DNA from: Clostridia bacterium
Lineage (GTDB): Bacteria > Bacillota > Clostridia > Christensenellales > Aristaeellaceae
NCBI GenBank assembly: GCA_017552615.1
Contig: JAFZPI010000019.1
Location: 3,966 to 67,965 of the forward strand
Direction of reading: 5' to 3'
DNA length: 64,000 nt
Notes under the pieces: generated by a model
Database searches by the model: none
Seen by the model: the letters and a program-made list of their open reading frames with translations, nothing else
Told to the model about the DNA's origin: nothing
Part shown: piece by piece, positions 36,567 to 45,850 of the stretch
How the letters are laid out: the number at the start of each line of letters is the position of its first letter
Numbering within the stretch: position 1 is the first letter of the stretch
Position numbers and translations under genes: made by a program

Positions 36567-38987
36567 ATGGAAAACCCGAAACAGGAGACCACACTGCGCC
36601 TGCCGGATGCGCTGCCGGAAGACTTCACCCGGACGCCGGAAGGCGGCCTGACCATGCAGGAGGCCCAGGCACGGTTTGCCGCGGGACAGGGGAACAATGT
36701 GACGGAAGACCCGGGCAAGAGTGTGATCCGGATCTTTGCCGATAACCTCCTGACGATGTTCAACCTCCTGAACCTCGGGTTGGCGGTCGCGCTGGCGCTC
36801 GTAGGTTCCTGGAAGAACATGACGTTCATGCTTGTCGTCTTCTCCAACGCGTTCATCGCAACTTTCCAGGAACTGCGCGCCAAGATCACCGTACAGAAAT
36901 TGCAGCTCATGAATGAGAGCCCCGTCCGGGTCATCCGGGAATGGGTGACCCAGGAGATCGCGCCGGGTGAATGTGTCCGGGGCGACTTGCTCCGACTTCA
37001 TGCGGGAGATCAGGTTCCCGCGGACGCCATCGTCTGGGAGGGCGGCTGTGCGGCAGGGGAGGCCCTGCTCACCGGTGAACAGGACGCGGTGCCAAAGAAA
37101 GTTGGCGACTGGCTCTATTCCGGCAGCTATCTCATTGCCGGGAGCTGCGTCGCTCAGCTGGTAAACGTCGGTGCCGAGAGCTATATCAACCGTCTGAACA
37201 AAACGGCTAAAACGATCAGCCAGCCCAAATCCGAACTTATGACGGACCTGAAAAAGCTGATCCGCATGGTCAGCATTGCCCTTGTGCCCATTGGCGTCCT
37301 GCTGCTGCTCAAGTCCCTGTTCATCGAGCATGCGCTGCTGAAAGAAGCCATTCCGCCCACGGTGGCCGCCATGATCGGCATGATTCCCGAAGGTCTGATG
37401 CTCCTGACCAGCGTGGCCTTAATGGTGGGCGTTATCAAGCTTGCAAGGCACCGCACCCTGGTTCAGGAACTTTACGGTATCGAGACCCTGGCCCGTGTCG
37501 ATACCCTGTGCCTCGACAAAACCGGTACGCTGACCACCGGTCATATGTCCCTGATGGAGCTCATCCCTTATGATGGTATCAAAGAAGATGAACTCCGCCG
37601 CGAGATGGCCCGTTTCTTGCGTGGCGCCGACCTCGAGTCCCCTACGATGGCCGCCATTGCCCATTCAATCCAGCCATCTGAAGCCAACATTATTGCCACA
37701 TTGCCCTTCTCATCCGAACGCAAGCTGTCAGCTTCTTCCTATGACGACGGGACAACCCTGGTGGCCGGTGCCCCGACCTTTGTCCTCGGAGAGGATTGCC
37801 CAGAAGATTTGATGCAAATCGTCTGCGAACAGGCGGACCGCGGCTTGCGTGTGCTGGTGCTGGCGCGCTGTGAAGGGCGAATTGAAGAAGAAAAACTTCC
37901 GCCGATCAAGCAGATCCTGGGTTTGGCTGTATTAGGCGATGAGCTTCGTCCGAATGTCCAGGACACCCTCGAATACTTCCGCAAAGAAGGTGTCACGATC
38001 AAGGTCATCTCCGGCGATGATCCACGCACGGTGGCTACCATTGCGGAGAAAGCCGGCGTCGAGGGCGCTTTGGAAGGCGCTGTGGATGTCTCGGCACTTT
38101 CCGATGAAGAGATCGACAACGTCGCTGCCACGGCTACGGTCTTTGGCCGGGTAACGCCGGTTCGAAAACAGCAGCTGGTGGAAGCCATGCAGCGCGCCGG
38201 GCACAGTGTGGGCATGACCGGTGATGGCGTCAACGATATTCCGGCCATGAAGACTGCGGACTGTTCTATAGCTATGGCATCCGGTTCCGACGCTGCCCGC
38301 CACGCGGCGCAGATGATCCTGCTGGACAGCGACTTTACCTGCATGCCGCGTGTGGTCGCGGAAGGCCGCCGGGTCATCAATAACGTGACGCGTTCGGCTT
38401 CTCTCTTCCTTGTGAAAACAATCTACTCATTTGCTCTGGGATTAATGATGATCGCACTGCCGGCGAGTTATCCCTTTGAGCCGCTGCAGCTAAGCCTGAT
38501 CTCCGTCCTGACGGTCGGCATTCCCTCGTTCTTCCTGACCCTTGAGCCCAACGAGGAGCGCGTGAAGGAGCGCTTCCTGCAAGGCGTGCTGCGGCGTGCA
38601 CTTCCCTGTGCGGCTGCGGTGACGCTCTGCGCAGCGGCTGCTGCGCTGATGGGACGCAGCTGGGGCGAAGGGGGAACGCAAATCGCCCGGACGCTTGCGA
38701 CGCTCTCGGCGGGTTCCATGGGCATCTATATGCTCGTGACCGTCTGCCTGCCGCTGACCTACCTGCGCGGGATGCTGATTACCCTGATGGCGGGCGGCTT
38801 TATCGGTGCGGTCCTGCTCTTCGGCGATTTCTTCTCACTGGTCAGGCTGACAAACGGACAGGTGATGATCCTGTTGGGAATGATTGCTGCCGCAGCGGTA
38901 CTCGCCACCTTCCTCCGCAGGATGCTGAACAAGCGGTTTGGCTTTGGAATCAAGAATAAGAAACCGGATACTAGCGAAGGAATATAA
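36567..38987 (+). CDS. cation-translocating P-type ATPase (HAD-IC family)
   Basis: Phosphorylation site DKTGTLT, hinge GDGVNDIPAMKTADCSIAM, and N- and C-terminal TM bundles. Confidence 0.9.
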   Translation: MENPKQETTLRLPDALPEDFTRTPEGGLTMQEAQARFAAGQGNNVTEDPGKSVIRIFADNLLTMFNLLNLGLAVALALVGSWKNMTFMLVVFSNAFIATFQELRAKITVQKLQLMNESPVRVIREWVTQEIAPGECVRGDLLRLHAGDQVPADAIVWEGGCAAGEALLTGEQDAVPKKVGDWLYSGSYLIAGSCVAQLVNVGAESYINRLNKTAKTISQPKSELMTDLKKLIRMVSIALVPIGVLLLLKSLFIEHALLKEAIPPTVAAMIGMIPEGLMLLTSVALMVGVIKLARHRTLVQELYGIETLARVDTLCLDKTGTLTTGHMSLMELIPYDGIKEDELRREMARFLRGADLESPTMAAIAHSIQPSEANIIATLPFSSERKLSASSYDDGTTLVAGAPTFVLGEDCPEDLMQIVCEQADRGLRVLVLARCEGRIEEEKLPPIKQILGLAVLGDELRPNVQDTLEYFRKEGVTIKVISGDDPRTVATIAEKAGVEGALEGAVDVSALSDEEIDNVAATATVFGRVTPVRKQQLVEAMQRAGHSVGMTGDGVNDIPAMKTADCSIAMASGSDAARHAAQMILLDSDFTCMPRVVAEGRRVINNVTRSASLFLVKTIYSFALGLMMIALPASYPFEPLQLSLISVLTVGIPSFFLTLEPNEERVKERFLQGVLRRALPCAAAVTLCAAAAALMGRSWGEGGTQIARTLATLSAGSMGIYMLVTVCLPLTYLRGMLITLMAGGFIGAVLLFGDFFSLVRLTNGQVMILLGMIAAAAVLATFLRRMLNKRFGFGIKNKKPDTSEGI

Positions 38988-38997
38988 ATGAATAATA

Positions 38998-39029
38998 CAA
39001 AAACTCTATTCAACAAAAACTCTATTCAA
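38998..39029. repeat. perfect 16-bp tandem duplication (CAAAAACTCTATTCAA x2)
   Basis: Read directly in the sequence, 11 nt after the ATPase stop. Confidence 0.9.
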
Positions 39030-39036
39030 CATAAAG

Positions 39037-39066
39037 CCCGGACAGGTTTTCAGGAACCTGCCCGGG
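39037..39066. terminator. hairpin between convergent genes
   Basis: CCCGGACAGGTT ttcagg AACCTGCCCGGG (one mismatch). Flanking T-runs are weak. Confidence 0.45.
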
Positions 39067-39085
39067 AAAGATTTTATCCGTATTC

Positions 39086-40186
39086 TCAATAGATTCGTTC
39101 CACAGAAGAGGCTTCGATCCAGACGCGGCGTTTCTGGTTGGAACCGCTGGGCTGGAATTCCAGCTGGACAAAGCCGTTTTCGACATTGTAGACCGTGCCT
39201 TCGGTCCAGGCGGGGATGGGATCGGGGTACATCGTATAATTTGTGCCGGGGCCGTAGTAGGTCTTGGCGCTTTTCGTTACACGGCCTTTGCCTACAGCAC
39301 TTTCGACCGGCAGGTAGGAGGTGCTGGCGTTTACGCGCTTCAGGCCGGTATAGGCACGCCGGAGCTGGTTCTGATAGGTGAACTCAACCTGAACCCAATA
39401 GATGCCGTTGCGCGTGTCATAGGCACAGGTCAGCACCCGGATGGGATCTCCCGCCTTGAAATAGGAACCCAGTTCAGTGTAGTTGGTGCTGGGGCCGGTA
39501 CGGGTGGACAGGCGCATGATCAGCGTGGTGTCATAGTTGGCGCGCTGGGTGTCGCTCCATGCGCTGTAGCTCGGATAGGAGGGCGGTGGAGTGACGGGAG
39601 CGATCAGACCCTGATCCCGGATGAATGCCAGGTCGCTAATGCAGATCTGTGAGTTGCTGCTGCCGCTGCGCCAGCTGGTGATGGAGAGCTCGATCCGGGT
39701 CACATTGGAATACGTCTGAGGGAAAGCGAGATACTGGTATCCGCTGTTCCAGTTTGCGTTCGAGGTGTAGGGGTTATAGTAATCAATAAGGGAGAGGGTG
39801 AAATCATGGCTGTAGCCGGAAGCCCACACCCGCATCTGCAGCAGGGTGGGGAAGGCGTTGGCAGTGTACTGACTCTGGCTTCCATAGTGTCCGGCCCGGA
39901 TCCACATGCCGTTGATATCCGCACCCGAGAAGATAAAAGTCGCGTCCGCGACGCTGTCGTTCAGGCTGCTGTCCCAGGTATAGACGCTCCAGACTGTCGA
40001 ACCGTTGTCGTCCAGGAGCAGTCCGATGGTGTTCGCGCCTGACTGTGCTGTGGTGGCCGCGGGCAGGGCGAGATCGGAGTCGGGGATGAAGCTGACCCAG
40101 CTGTTGCCGCCGTCTGCGGTAGCGACTGCGCAAAGGCCTAGGGTGAAAACGGCCAGCAGGATGGCAATGAAGCAAATCCGTTTCAT
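39086..40186 (-). CDS. secreted hypothetical protein, N-terminal jelly-roll-like region plus two SH3b-like C-terminal modules
   Basis: The start is moved to the ATG at 40186 (MKRICFIAILLAVFTLGLCAVATA, GAAGGAG upstream). SH3b-like stretches: STRTGPSTNYTELGSYFKAGDPIRVL...YWVQVEF and YYGPGTNYTMY...GFVQLEF. Confidence 0.5.
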   Translation of the reverse strand: MKRICFIAILLAVFTLGLCAVATADGGNSWVSFIPDSDLALPAATTAQSGANTIGLLLDDNGSTVWSVYTWDSSLNDSVADATFIFSGADINGMWIRAGHYGSQSQYTANAFPTLLQMRVWASGYSHDFTLSLIDYYNPYTSNANWNSGYQYLAFPQTYSNVTRIELSITSWRSGSSNSQICISDLAFIRDQGLIAPVTPPPSYPSYSAWSDTQRANYDTTLIMRLSTRTGPSTNYTELGSYFKAGDPIRVLTCAYDTRNGIYWVQVEFTYQNQLRRAYTGLKRVNASTSYLPVESAVGKGRVTKSAKTYYGPGTNYTMYPDPIPAWTEGTVYNVENGFVQLEFQPSGSNQKRRVWIEASSVERIY

Positions 40187-40353
40187 GGAGAGCACTCCTT
40201 CCGTATCGTAAAGGTTCATTGGGTTTCTGCTTATGTAACGATTGTAAACCAAGATTTGTTCCCGAAACTTTTACACTCTTTTCTTTTTTTTTCACTTATG
40301 GTAGGATAGCCCCGGGAGTCATGCTCCCAGCCTGAACAGCGGAGGACATACAG

Positions 40354-41241
40354 ATGGAGACCAACGCGATCCCGGCAGTGGATGCCATTCTCAGCGATTA
40401 TACCCGCGGCCGGACCATTGACCGGCTGCAGATGCCGCACCGGCCTGATAAGGAGTGCGTGTACGCGCTTCTGGACCAGCTCTTCTCGGTGCTCTATTTC
40501 GGATGCTATCCCGCGCCGGCCCGTTTAGCAGACGACCCAGCCGAAGCTCTGCGGATGACAGTGGAGGACGCCATGGTGCGCATGCGCCACCTGGTGATCA
40601 GCGCACTGCCGGGAGATGCGCGTTATGCGAGCTGGTCCATGGCGGAACTCTCGGAAGAGGCGCAGGAGATCACGGAAGCCTTCTTCCAGTCGGTTCCCGG
40701 GATGCGCGCCTTATTGGAAACGGATCTTCAGGCAATTTACGACGGCGATCCGGCGGCCGAAAACCTCGAAGAGATCATTCTTGCCTACCCGGGTTTCTAT
40801 GCGATCACGATCTACCGCATTGCCCACGAACTTTACCGGCTTGGGGTGCCCATGCTTCCGCGCATCATGAGCGAGCGTGCTCACAGCCGCACGGGTATTG
40901 ATATCCACCCCGGCGCGCAGATCGGGGCCAGTTTCTTTATCGACCACGGCACCGGTATCGTCGTCGGTGAGACTACCGTGATCGGCGAACACGTCAAGCT
41001 GTATCAGGGCGTGACCCTTGGCGCGGTTTCAACGCGTGCGGGCCAGGGACTCCGCGGCAAAAAGCGCCACCCCACCATCGGCAACAAGGTGACCCTGTAC
41101 GCATGCGCCTCGGTCTTAGGCGATACCCAAATTGGCGACGGCTGCACGATCGGTTCCAACGTCTTCATCACCAAGGATGTCCCCGCTAACACTACGGTCT
41201 CGCTTGAGGAGCAGGAACTCAATTTCCACAGCCGTTCGTGA
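40354..41241 (+). CDS. cysE: serine O-acetyltransferase (long form)
   Basis: DPAAENLEEIILAYPGFYAITIYRIAHELY...TGIDIHPGAQIGASFFIDHGTGIVVGETTVIG, a hexapeptide-repeat CysE pattern. Confidence 0.88.
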   Translation: METNAIPAVDAILSDYTRGRTIDRLQMPHRPDKECVYALLDQLFSVLYFGCYPAPARLADDPAEALRMTVEDAMVRMRHLVISALPGDARYASWSMAELSEEAQEITEAFFQSVPGMRALLETDLQAIYDGDPAAENLEEIILAYPGFYAITIYRIAHELYRLGVPMLPRIMSERAHSRTGIDIHPGAQIGASFFIDHGTGIVVGETTVIGEHVKLYQGVTLGAVSTRAGQGLRGKKRHPTIGNKVTLYACASVLGDTQIGDGCTIGSNVFITKDVPANTTVSLEEQELNFHSRS

Positions 41242-41254
41242 GGAGGCATATGCC

Positions 41255-43345
41255 GTGAACGAAACTGTTCTGTCCAAACCGCTTCCGCTGTCGGCTTTCC
41301 ATATCACGGATGCCTTCTGGCGCCGCGAGATGGAACTGGTCCGGAACGAAGTGATCCCCTACCAGTGGGAAGCTCTGAATGATCGCATCCCGGGTGCCGC
41401 GCCGAGCTGGTGGATGCACAATATGCGCGCCGCCGCAAGGCGTAACGCTGCCAAGCGTGCAGGCAAGCCGTGGATCCCCTCTGCAGTAGCGAAAGAATTG
41501 CGTTTCGAGCCCCTCCCGGAAGTTGGCCAGGCGCCTGATCCTGACGCCTTTTACGGTTTTGTTTTCCAGGACAGCGACGGTTACAAGTGGCTGGAAGCGG
41601 TCAGTTACCAATTGATCCGTCAACCTGATCCCGCCCTGAAAGCTACAGCCCAGGAAGCGGTGGACGCCATCTGCGCTGCCCAGGAGGATGACGGCTATCT
41701 CGATACCTACTATACTTTGGGTCTCCGAGAGCGGGCTTTCACGAACCTTCGTGACCATCACGAGCTCTATTGCCTCGGGCACCTGTGTGAAGCAGCAGTG
41801 GCCTGGCATCAGGCGACAGGGCAGGACGACCTGTTGAATGCGGCAATTCGCTTTGCGGACTGCTGTGCCGAAAAACTAGGTCGTGAACCGGGAAAGGAAA
41901 GAGGTTACCCAGGGCATGAGATTGCGGAGATGGCCCTGATCCGCTTATGGGAAGAAACGGGTGAAGATCGTTTCCTGAAGCAAGCTGAATACTTTATCGA
42001 CGAACGCGGACAGAAACCGTTCTATTTCGATATCGAAGACCATGCTCGCCGCGGAGAGGCCCTGGAAGGAGACGGTACAGGCTCCGCTTACCACCAGGCC
42101 AACGCACCGGTGCGCGATCAGACCGAAGCCCAAGGCCATGCTGTGCGTGCCATGTACCTCTACAGCGGCATGGCGGACGCAGCGCGCATCACAGGTGATC
42201 CGTCACTGAAAGATGCCTGTGAGCATCTTTGGCATTCCGCGGTCGAGGAAAAGCGCTATGTCACCGGCGGCGTGGGTGCAACCCATATTGGAGAGGCCTT
42301 CTCCCGGCCCTTCGACTTGCCATCTGACACCGCATATTCTGAGACCTGTGCGGCGATCGGCCTCGCATTCTTCGCAAGGAGAATGCTTCAGCTTGAACCC
42401 AAGAGCAACTACGCCGATGTGATGGAAGAAGCCTTGTATAACACAGTCCTCTCCGGCATGGCTTTAGACGGCAAGTCTTTCTTCTATGTCAACCCGCTTT
42501 CCTGCGAACCGGAAGCCTGTAAAACCGACGCGCGATTGGGTCATGTGAAACCCGTCCGCCAGAAATGGTTCGGCTGCGCCTGCTGTCCGCCCAATATTGC
42601 GCGAATCGTTTCATCTTTGCCGCAGTATGCGTTTACATCCAGTGAGGATACCCTGTTTGTGCATCTGTATGTTGCGGGAGAGATGGAGTTAACCCTGAAC
42701 GGAAAGCCACTGAAACTAAAAATCGAATCGTCTATGCCTTGGAACGGGGAGGTTTCCCTTTCCGTTGCGCAAGGCAAAGCAGAAGGCACGATTGCGGTTC
42801 GGATACCGGGATGGAGCCGGGATGCGAAAGTCTCTGCCGTTACTCTGAGAAACATCCTGACGCCCGGTACGCCGGAACTCGCTGCGGATGAAAAGAAGGA
42901 AACGGAAAAAGACGGATATGTGTATCTGACCGGGACATGGGAGAAGGGCGACCGGATCGAAATGTTCTTCGACATGCCGGTTCGGATGCTTGCGGCGGAT
43001 CCCCGGGTCCGGGAGACAGCCGGACAGGTTTGCTTTATGAGGGGTCCCGTCACCTATTGCACAGAAGCTGTTGACAACCAGGCGCCGCTTCATCTTTGGC
43101 GGGTGGATCCTGCTGCCCTTGCGGACAAGTTGGATGAGATTCCTGTACGGGACATGGAAATTGGCGGCGTTCTCGTGAAATCTTTGGAAATTCCGGCATA
43201 CCGTGTCTTGCAGGAGAACGGAGAAGGACTCTATCATGACTGGCATCCCCGGAAGGAAATTCCCGGAACCTTGACCCTGATCCCATATTTCGTCTGGGAC
43301 AACCGGGGTGAGACGGAGATGCAGGTCTGGCAGCGGTGCCGGTGA
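41255..43345 (+). CDS. GH127 family beta-L-arabinofuranosidase-like protein (DUF1680)
   Basis: Typical N-terminus LSAFHITDAFWRREMELVRNEVIPYQWEALND and a C-terminal Cys cluster (WFGCACCPPNIAR). GTG start at 41255 lies 8 nt after AGGAGG. The track ORF start at 41132 lies inside cysE. Confidence 0.85.
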   Translation: MNETVLSKPLPLSAFHITDAFWRREMELVRNEVIPYQWEALNDRIPGAAPSWWMHNMRAAARRNAAKRAGKPWIPSAVAKELRFEPLPEVGQAPDPDAFYGFVFQDSDGYKWLEAVSYQLIRQPDPALKATAQEAVDAICAAQEDDGYLDTYYTLGLRERAFTNLRDHHELYCLGHLCEAAVAWHQATGQDDLLNAAIRFADCCAEKLGREPGKERGYPGHEIAEMALIRLWEETGEDRFLKQAEYFIDERGQKPFYFDIEDHARRGEALEGDGTGSAYHQANAPVRDQTEAQGHAVRAMYLYSGMADAARITGDPSLKDACEHLWHSAVEEKRYVTGGVGATHIGEAFSRPFDLPSDTAYSETCAAIGLAFFARRMLQLEPKSNYADVMEEALYNTVLSGMALDGKSFFYVNPLSCEPEACKTDARLGHVKPVRQKWFGCACCPPNIARIVSSLPQYAFTSSEDTLFVHLYVAGEMELTLNGKPLKLKIESSMPWNGEVSLSVAQGKAEGTIAVRIPGWSRDAKVSAVTLRNILTPGTPELAADEKKETEKDGYVYLTGTWEKGDRIEMFFDMPVRMLAADPRVRETAGQVCFMRGPVTYCTEAVDNQAPLHLWRVDPAALADKLDEIPVRDMEIGGVLVKSLEIPAYRVLQENGEGLYHDWHPRKEIPGTLTLIPYFVWDNRGETEMQVWQRCR

Positions 43346-43361
43346 AAAGGAGGTACATTAA

Positions 43362-44609
43362 ATGATCGCACAGACACCCCCCATGGGGTGGAACAGCTGG
43401 GACTGTTATGGTGCGGCTGTCACGGAAGAGATTGTCTGCAAAAACGCGGATTATATGGCGAAGAACCTGAAAGCTTACGGTTGGGAATATGTGGTCGTGG
43501 ATATCCAGTGGTACCAACCGACGGCTGTTAATCATGCATATATACCGTTTGCGGAACTGACGATGGATGACTTCGGACGCCTTCAGCCCGCACCGGAGCG
43601 TTTTCCCTCGTCCGCGGACGGACAGGGCTTCAAGCCGCTGGCGGATTATGTGCACAGCCTGGGGCTGAAGTTCGGGATTCACATCATGCGCGGACTGCCG
43701 CGAATGGCGGCGCACCGCCATCTGCCGATAGCGGGTTCAGATTATCGCTGTGACGATGCTGCAAATCCGAATTCGATCTGTGCCTGGAATCCGGACATGT
43801 ATGGGACATTTGCCGACAAGCCGGAAGCACGGGCCTGGTATGACAGCATTTTCCGCCAGTACGCGGAATGGGGCGTGGATTATGTCAAGTGCGATGACAT
43901 CGCCCGTGAATACCCGCACTGCAGGCGCGAAATCGAGATCATCTCGGAAGCCTGCCGCGCCTGCGGACGGGATATGGTCCTCTCCCTCTCCCCGGGGCCC
44001 GCGCCACTCGAGCAGGCGGAACACCTGAAAAAGTACGCCAACATGTGGCGCATCACAGACGACTTCTGGGACGACTGGAAGCTTCTCAAGGGCATGTTCG
44101 AGCGCGCGGAAAAGTGGTGTATCCACGCGGCGCCCGGTCACTGGCCGGACGCGGATATGCTGCCCATCGGCGCGTTGCGGCAGTGCGAAAATCCATCCGA
44201 GTGGACACATTTCTCTGTGCCGGAACTTCGGACGATGATGACCCTGTGGTGCGTGATGCGCTCCCCGCTGATGATCGGCGCGGAGATGACCCGCCTCGAC
44301 CCGGTCTCCCTGAGCCTTCTGACGAACGCCGATGTGCTGGAACTCACGAAGTCAGGATCCGGCGCGCACCCGCTGACGACTACGGAGGAGGAGAGTGTCT
44401 GGGTTACCCGCCACGCGGAGACCGGTGCGCTGTACGTTGCACTGTTCAACCTTAACGACGCACCCCGGACGATTTCGGCTGATCGACTCAGCCTGCAGAC
44501 AGATGCGCACGAAGCAACGGAGCTCTGGAGCGGACGTAAGGAAACCTTCACGGACCGTCTCAGCGCCTCCCTCCAGCCCCATGACGCGGTACTGTTCAGA
44601 CTTGGCTAA
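43362..44609 (+). CDS. GH27 alpha-galactosidase-like glycoside hydrolase
   Basis: PPMGWNSWDCYG and YVKCDDI (nucleophile Asp) motifs. Confidence 0.85.
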   Translation: MIAQTPPMGWNSWDCYGAAVTEEIVCKNADYMAKNLKAYGWEYVVVDIQWYQPTAVNHAYIPFAELTMDDFGRLQPAPERFPSSADGQGFKPLADYVHSLGLKFGIHIMRGLPRMAAHRHLPIAGSDYRCDDAANPNSICAWNPDMYGTFADKPEARAWYDSIFRQYAEWGVDYVKCDDIAREYPHCRREIEIISEACRACGRDMVLSLSPGPAPLEQAEHLKKYANMWRITDDFWDDWKLLKGMFERAEKWCIHAAPGHWPDADMLPIGALRQCENPSEWTHFSVPELRTMMTLWCVMRSPLMIGAEMTRLDPVSLSLLTNADVLELTKSGSGAHPLTTTEEESVWVTRHAETGALYVALFNLNDAPRTISADRLSLQTDAHEATELWSGRKETFTDRLSASLQPHDAVLFRLG

Positions 44610-44616
44610 TGCAACA

Positions 44617-44680
44617 GAAAACGGATGCTTGATTGATTCCGGTGGATCATCTCATAGCATCCGTTTTGATTTTTCGTTTT
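44617..44680 (+). terminator. rho-independent terminator
   Basis: AAAACGGATGCT ...26 nt... AGCATCCGTTTT followed by GATTTTTCGTTTT. Confidence 0.7.
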
Positions 44681-44691
44681 TGAATTGTCGA

Positions 44692-45816
44692 TTATTCTAT
44701 GGGAAGATACGGAACATTGTTCGTTTCTGCCCACGTCTCGGCAGGGCTTCCGGGGACGACCAGCAAAAGGATGGTGCTGCCGGAGAAGGCGTCTGTTGCG
44801 ATGCTTGCCGTTTCCGCGGGGATTTCGATGTTGACGTGTTCACCGAGGTTTGCAAAGGCCTGGCCGCCGATCGTGACAGTGTCCGCGGGTAAAGTCAGCG
44901 TTTCGGTGAAGGGAATATAGACATATGGGATACCATTAGTCTGTGCGACCGACTGCGCGGCAGAGCCTACTTCACAGCGGACGGTCAGGCTTGACGCGCC
45001 ATTGAAGGCGTTAGCATCTACCTGGGTAACGTGGGAACGAAGAGTTACGTCACTGATTCCGGTCATGTTGAACAGGGAAGCGCCAATGCTTGTCACGGAA
45101 TCCGGGATCTGAATGTCGGTGATGCTTGTTTCCGCAAAAGCATAACTGCAAATGCTCGTTGCTCCGTTTTCGATCACGACATGCACAACCTGATCTTTGA
45201 AGGGATACCAGGGCGCGTTGCCCCAGCTGTAGTCGGACATGGCTCCCGAGCCCGAAATGGTCAGGGTCTGGCTGGCCAGGTCGAGGCTCCAGTCAAGATT
45301 CGGGCCGCAACCGCCTTCCAGGGGCGTGCAGCTGAGCGTGATCGTGAAATCCTGCCCGTCAGCGGGTTCATTATAGGTCATGCTCCAGTTGATCCGCACG
45401 GCGATGCGGATAGTCTCGTTGCGCCGGAGGATAACCATCGGCTCCAGACGATAGAGATTGGGGGATTCGTACGCGAAGAGCGTGTTCTCATTCAGGGCGT
45501 CGCTCAGGCTGTCATACAGGAGCATCTTGTCGCCTGCGGCGTCATACAGCGTGATATTGACGTAACCTCCGGCCGGGGTCTCCCCGTTCGGCGCTGCGAA
45601 GGTATAAATGCCGCTGACGGCTGGGGTCAGGGTCAGCAAGGCAAAGTCATCACGGCCTAATGTGATCACCAGCCGGTCGCCGTCGGCGATTGTGCCGCTG
45701 TAAGCGGGTTCCAGGTCCAGGTCCGTCGGTGTGGTGATCTCTCCGGCGGCCAGGGACCATGCGGCCATGACGAGGAGCAATGTGACCACCGCGAATGCCA
45801 AGCGACTGTGCTTCAT
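44692..45816 (-). CDS. secreted BspA-type leucine-rich-repeat (LRR_5) protein
   Basis: Signal peptide MKHSRLAFAVVTLLLVMAAWSLAAG. C-terminal repeats: VIENGATSICSYAFAETSITDIQIPDSVTSIG, and LPADTVTIGGQAFANL. GAGGAGG lies upstream. GC is native (high). Confidence 0.75.
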   Translation of the reverse strand: MKHSRLAFAVVTLLLVMAAWSLAAGEITTPTDLDLEPAYSGTIADGDRLVITLGRDDFALLTLTPAVSGIYTFAAPNGETPAGGYVNITLYDAAGDKMLLYDSLSDALNENTLFAYESPNLYRLEPMVILRRNETIRIAVRINWSMTYNEPADGQDFTITLSCTPLEGGCGPNLDWSLDLASQTLTISGSGAMSDYSWGNAPWYPFKDQVVHVVIENGATSICSYAFAETSITDIQIPDSVTSIGASLFNMTGISDVTLRSHVTQVDANAFNGASSLTVRCEVGSAAQSVAQTNGIPYVYIPFTETLTLPADTVTIGGQAFANLGEHVNIEIPAETASIATDAFSGSTILLLVVPGSPAETWAETNNVPYLPIE

Positions 45817-45850
45817 TGCGTTCAGCCTCCTCTGGAGTCTTTTCGAAGCG

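Noticed and set aside
35252-36934. 560-aa ORF antisense to the oxoamine synthase and the start of the P-type ATPase
   Set aside because: It spans a terminator and two well-supported plus-strand genes, and its translation is low-complexity.
40284-40292. T9 homopolymer in the divergent promoter region upstream of cysE, as a possible phase-variation tract
   Set aside because: The tract is short, lies outside any ORF and outside the -35/-10 spacer I could define. It is more simply an UP-element-like A/T tract.
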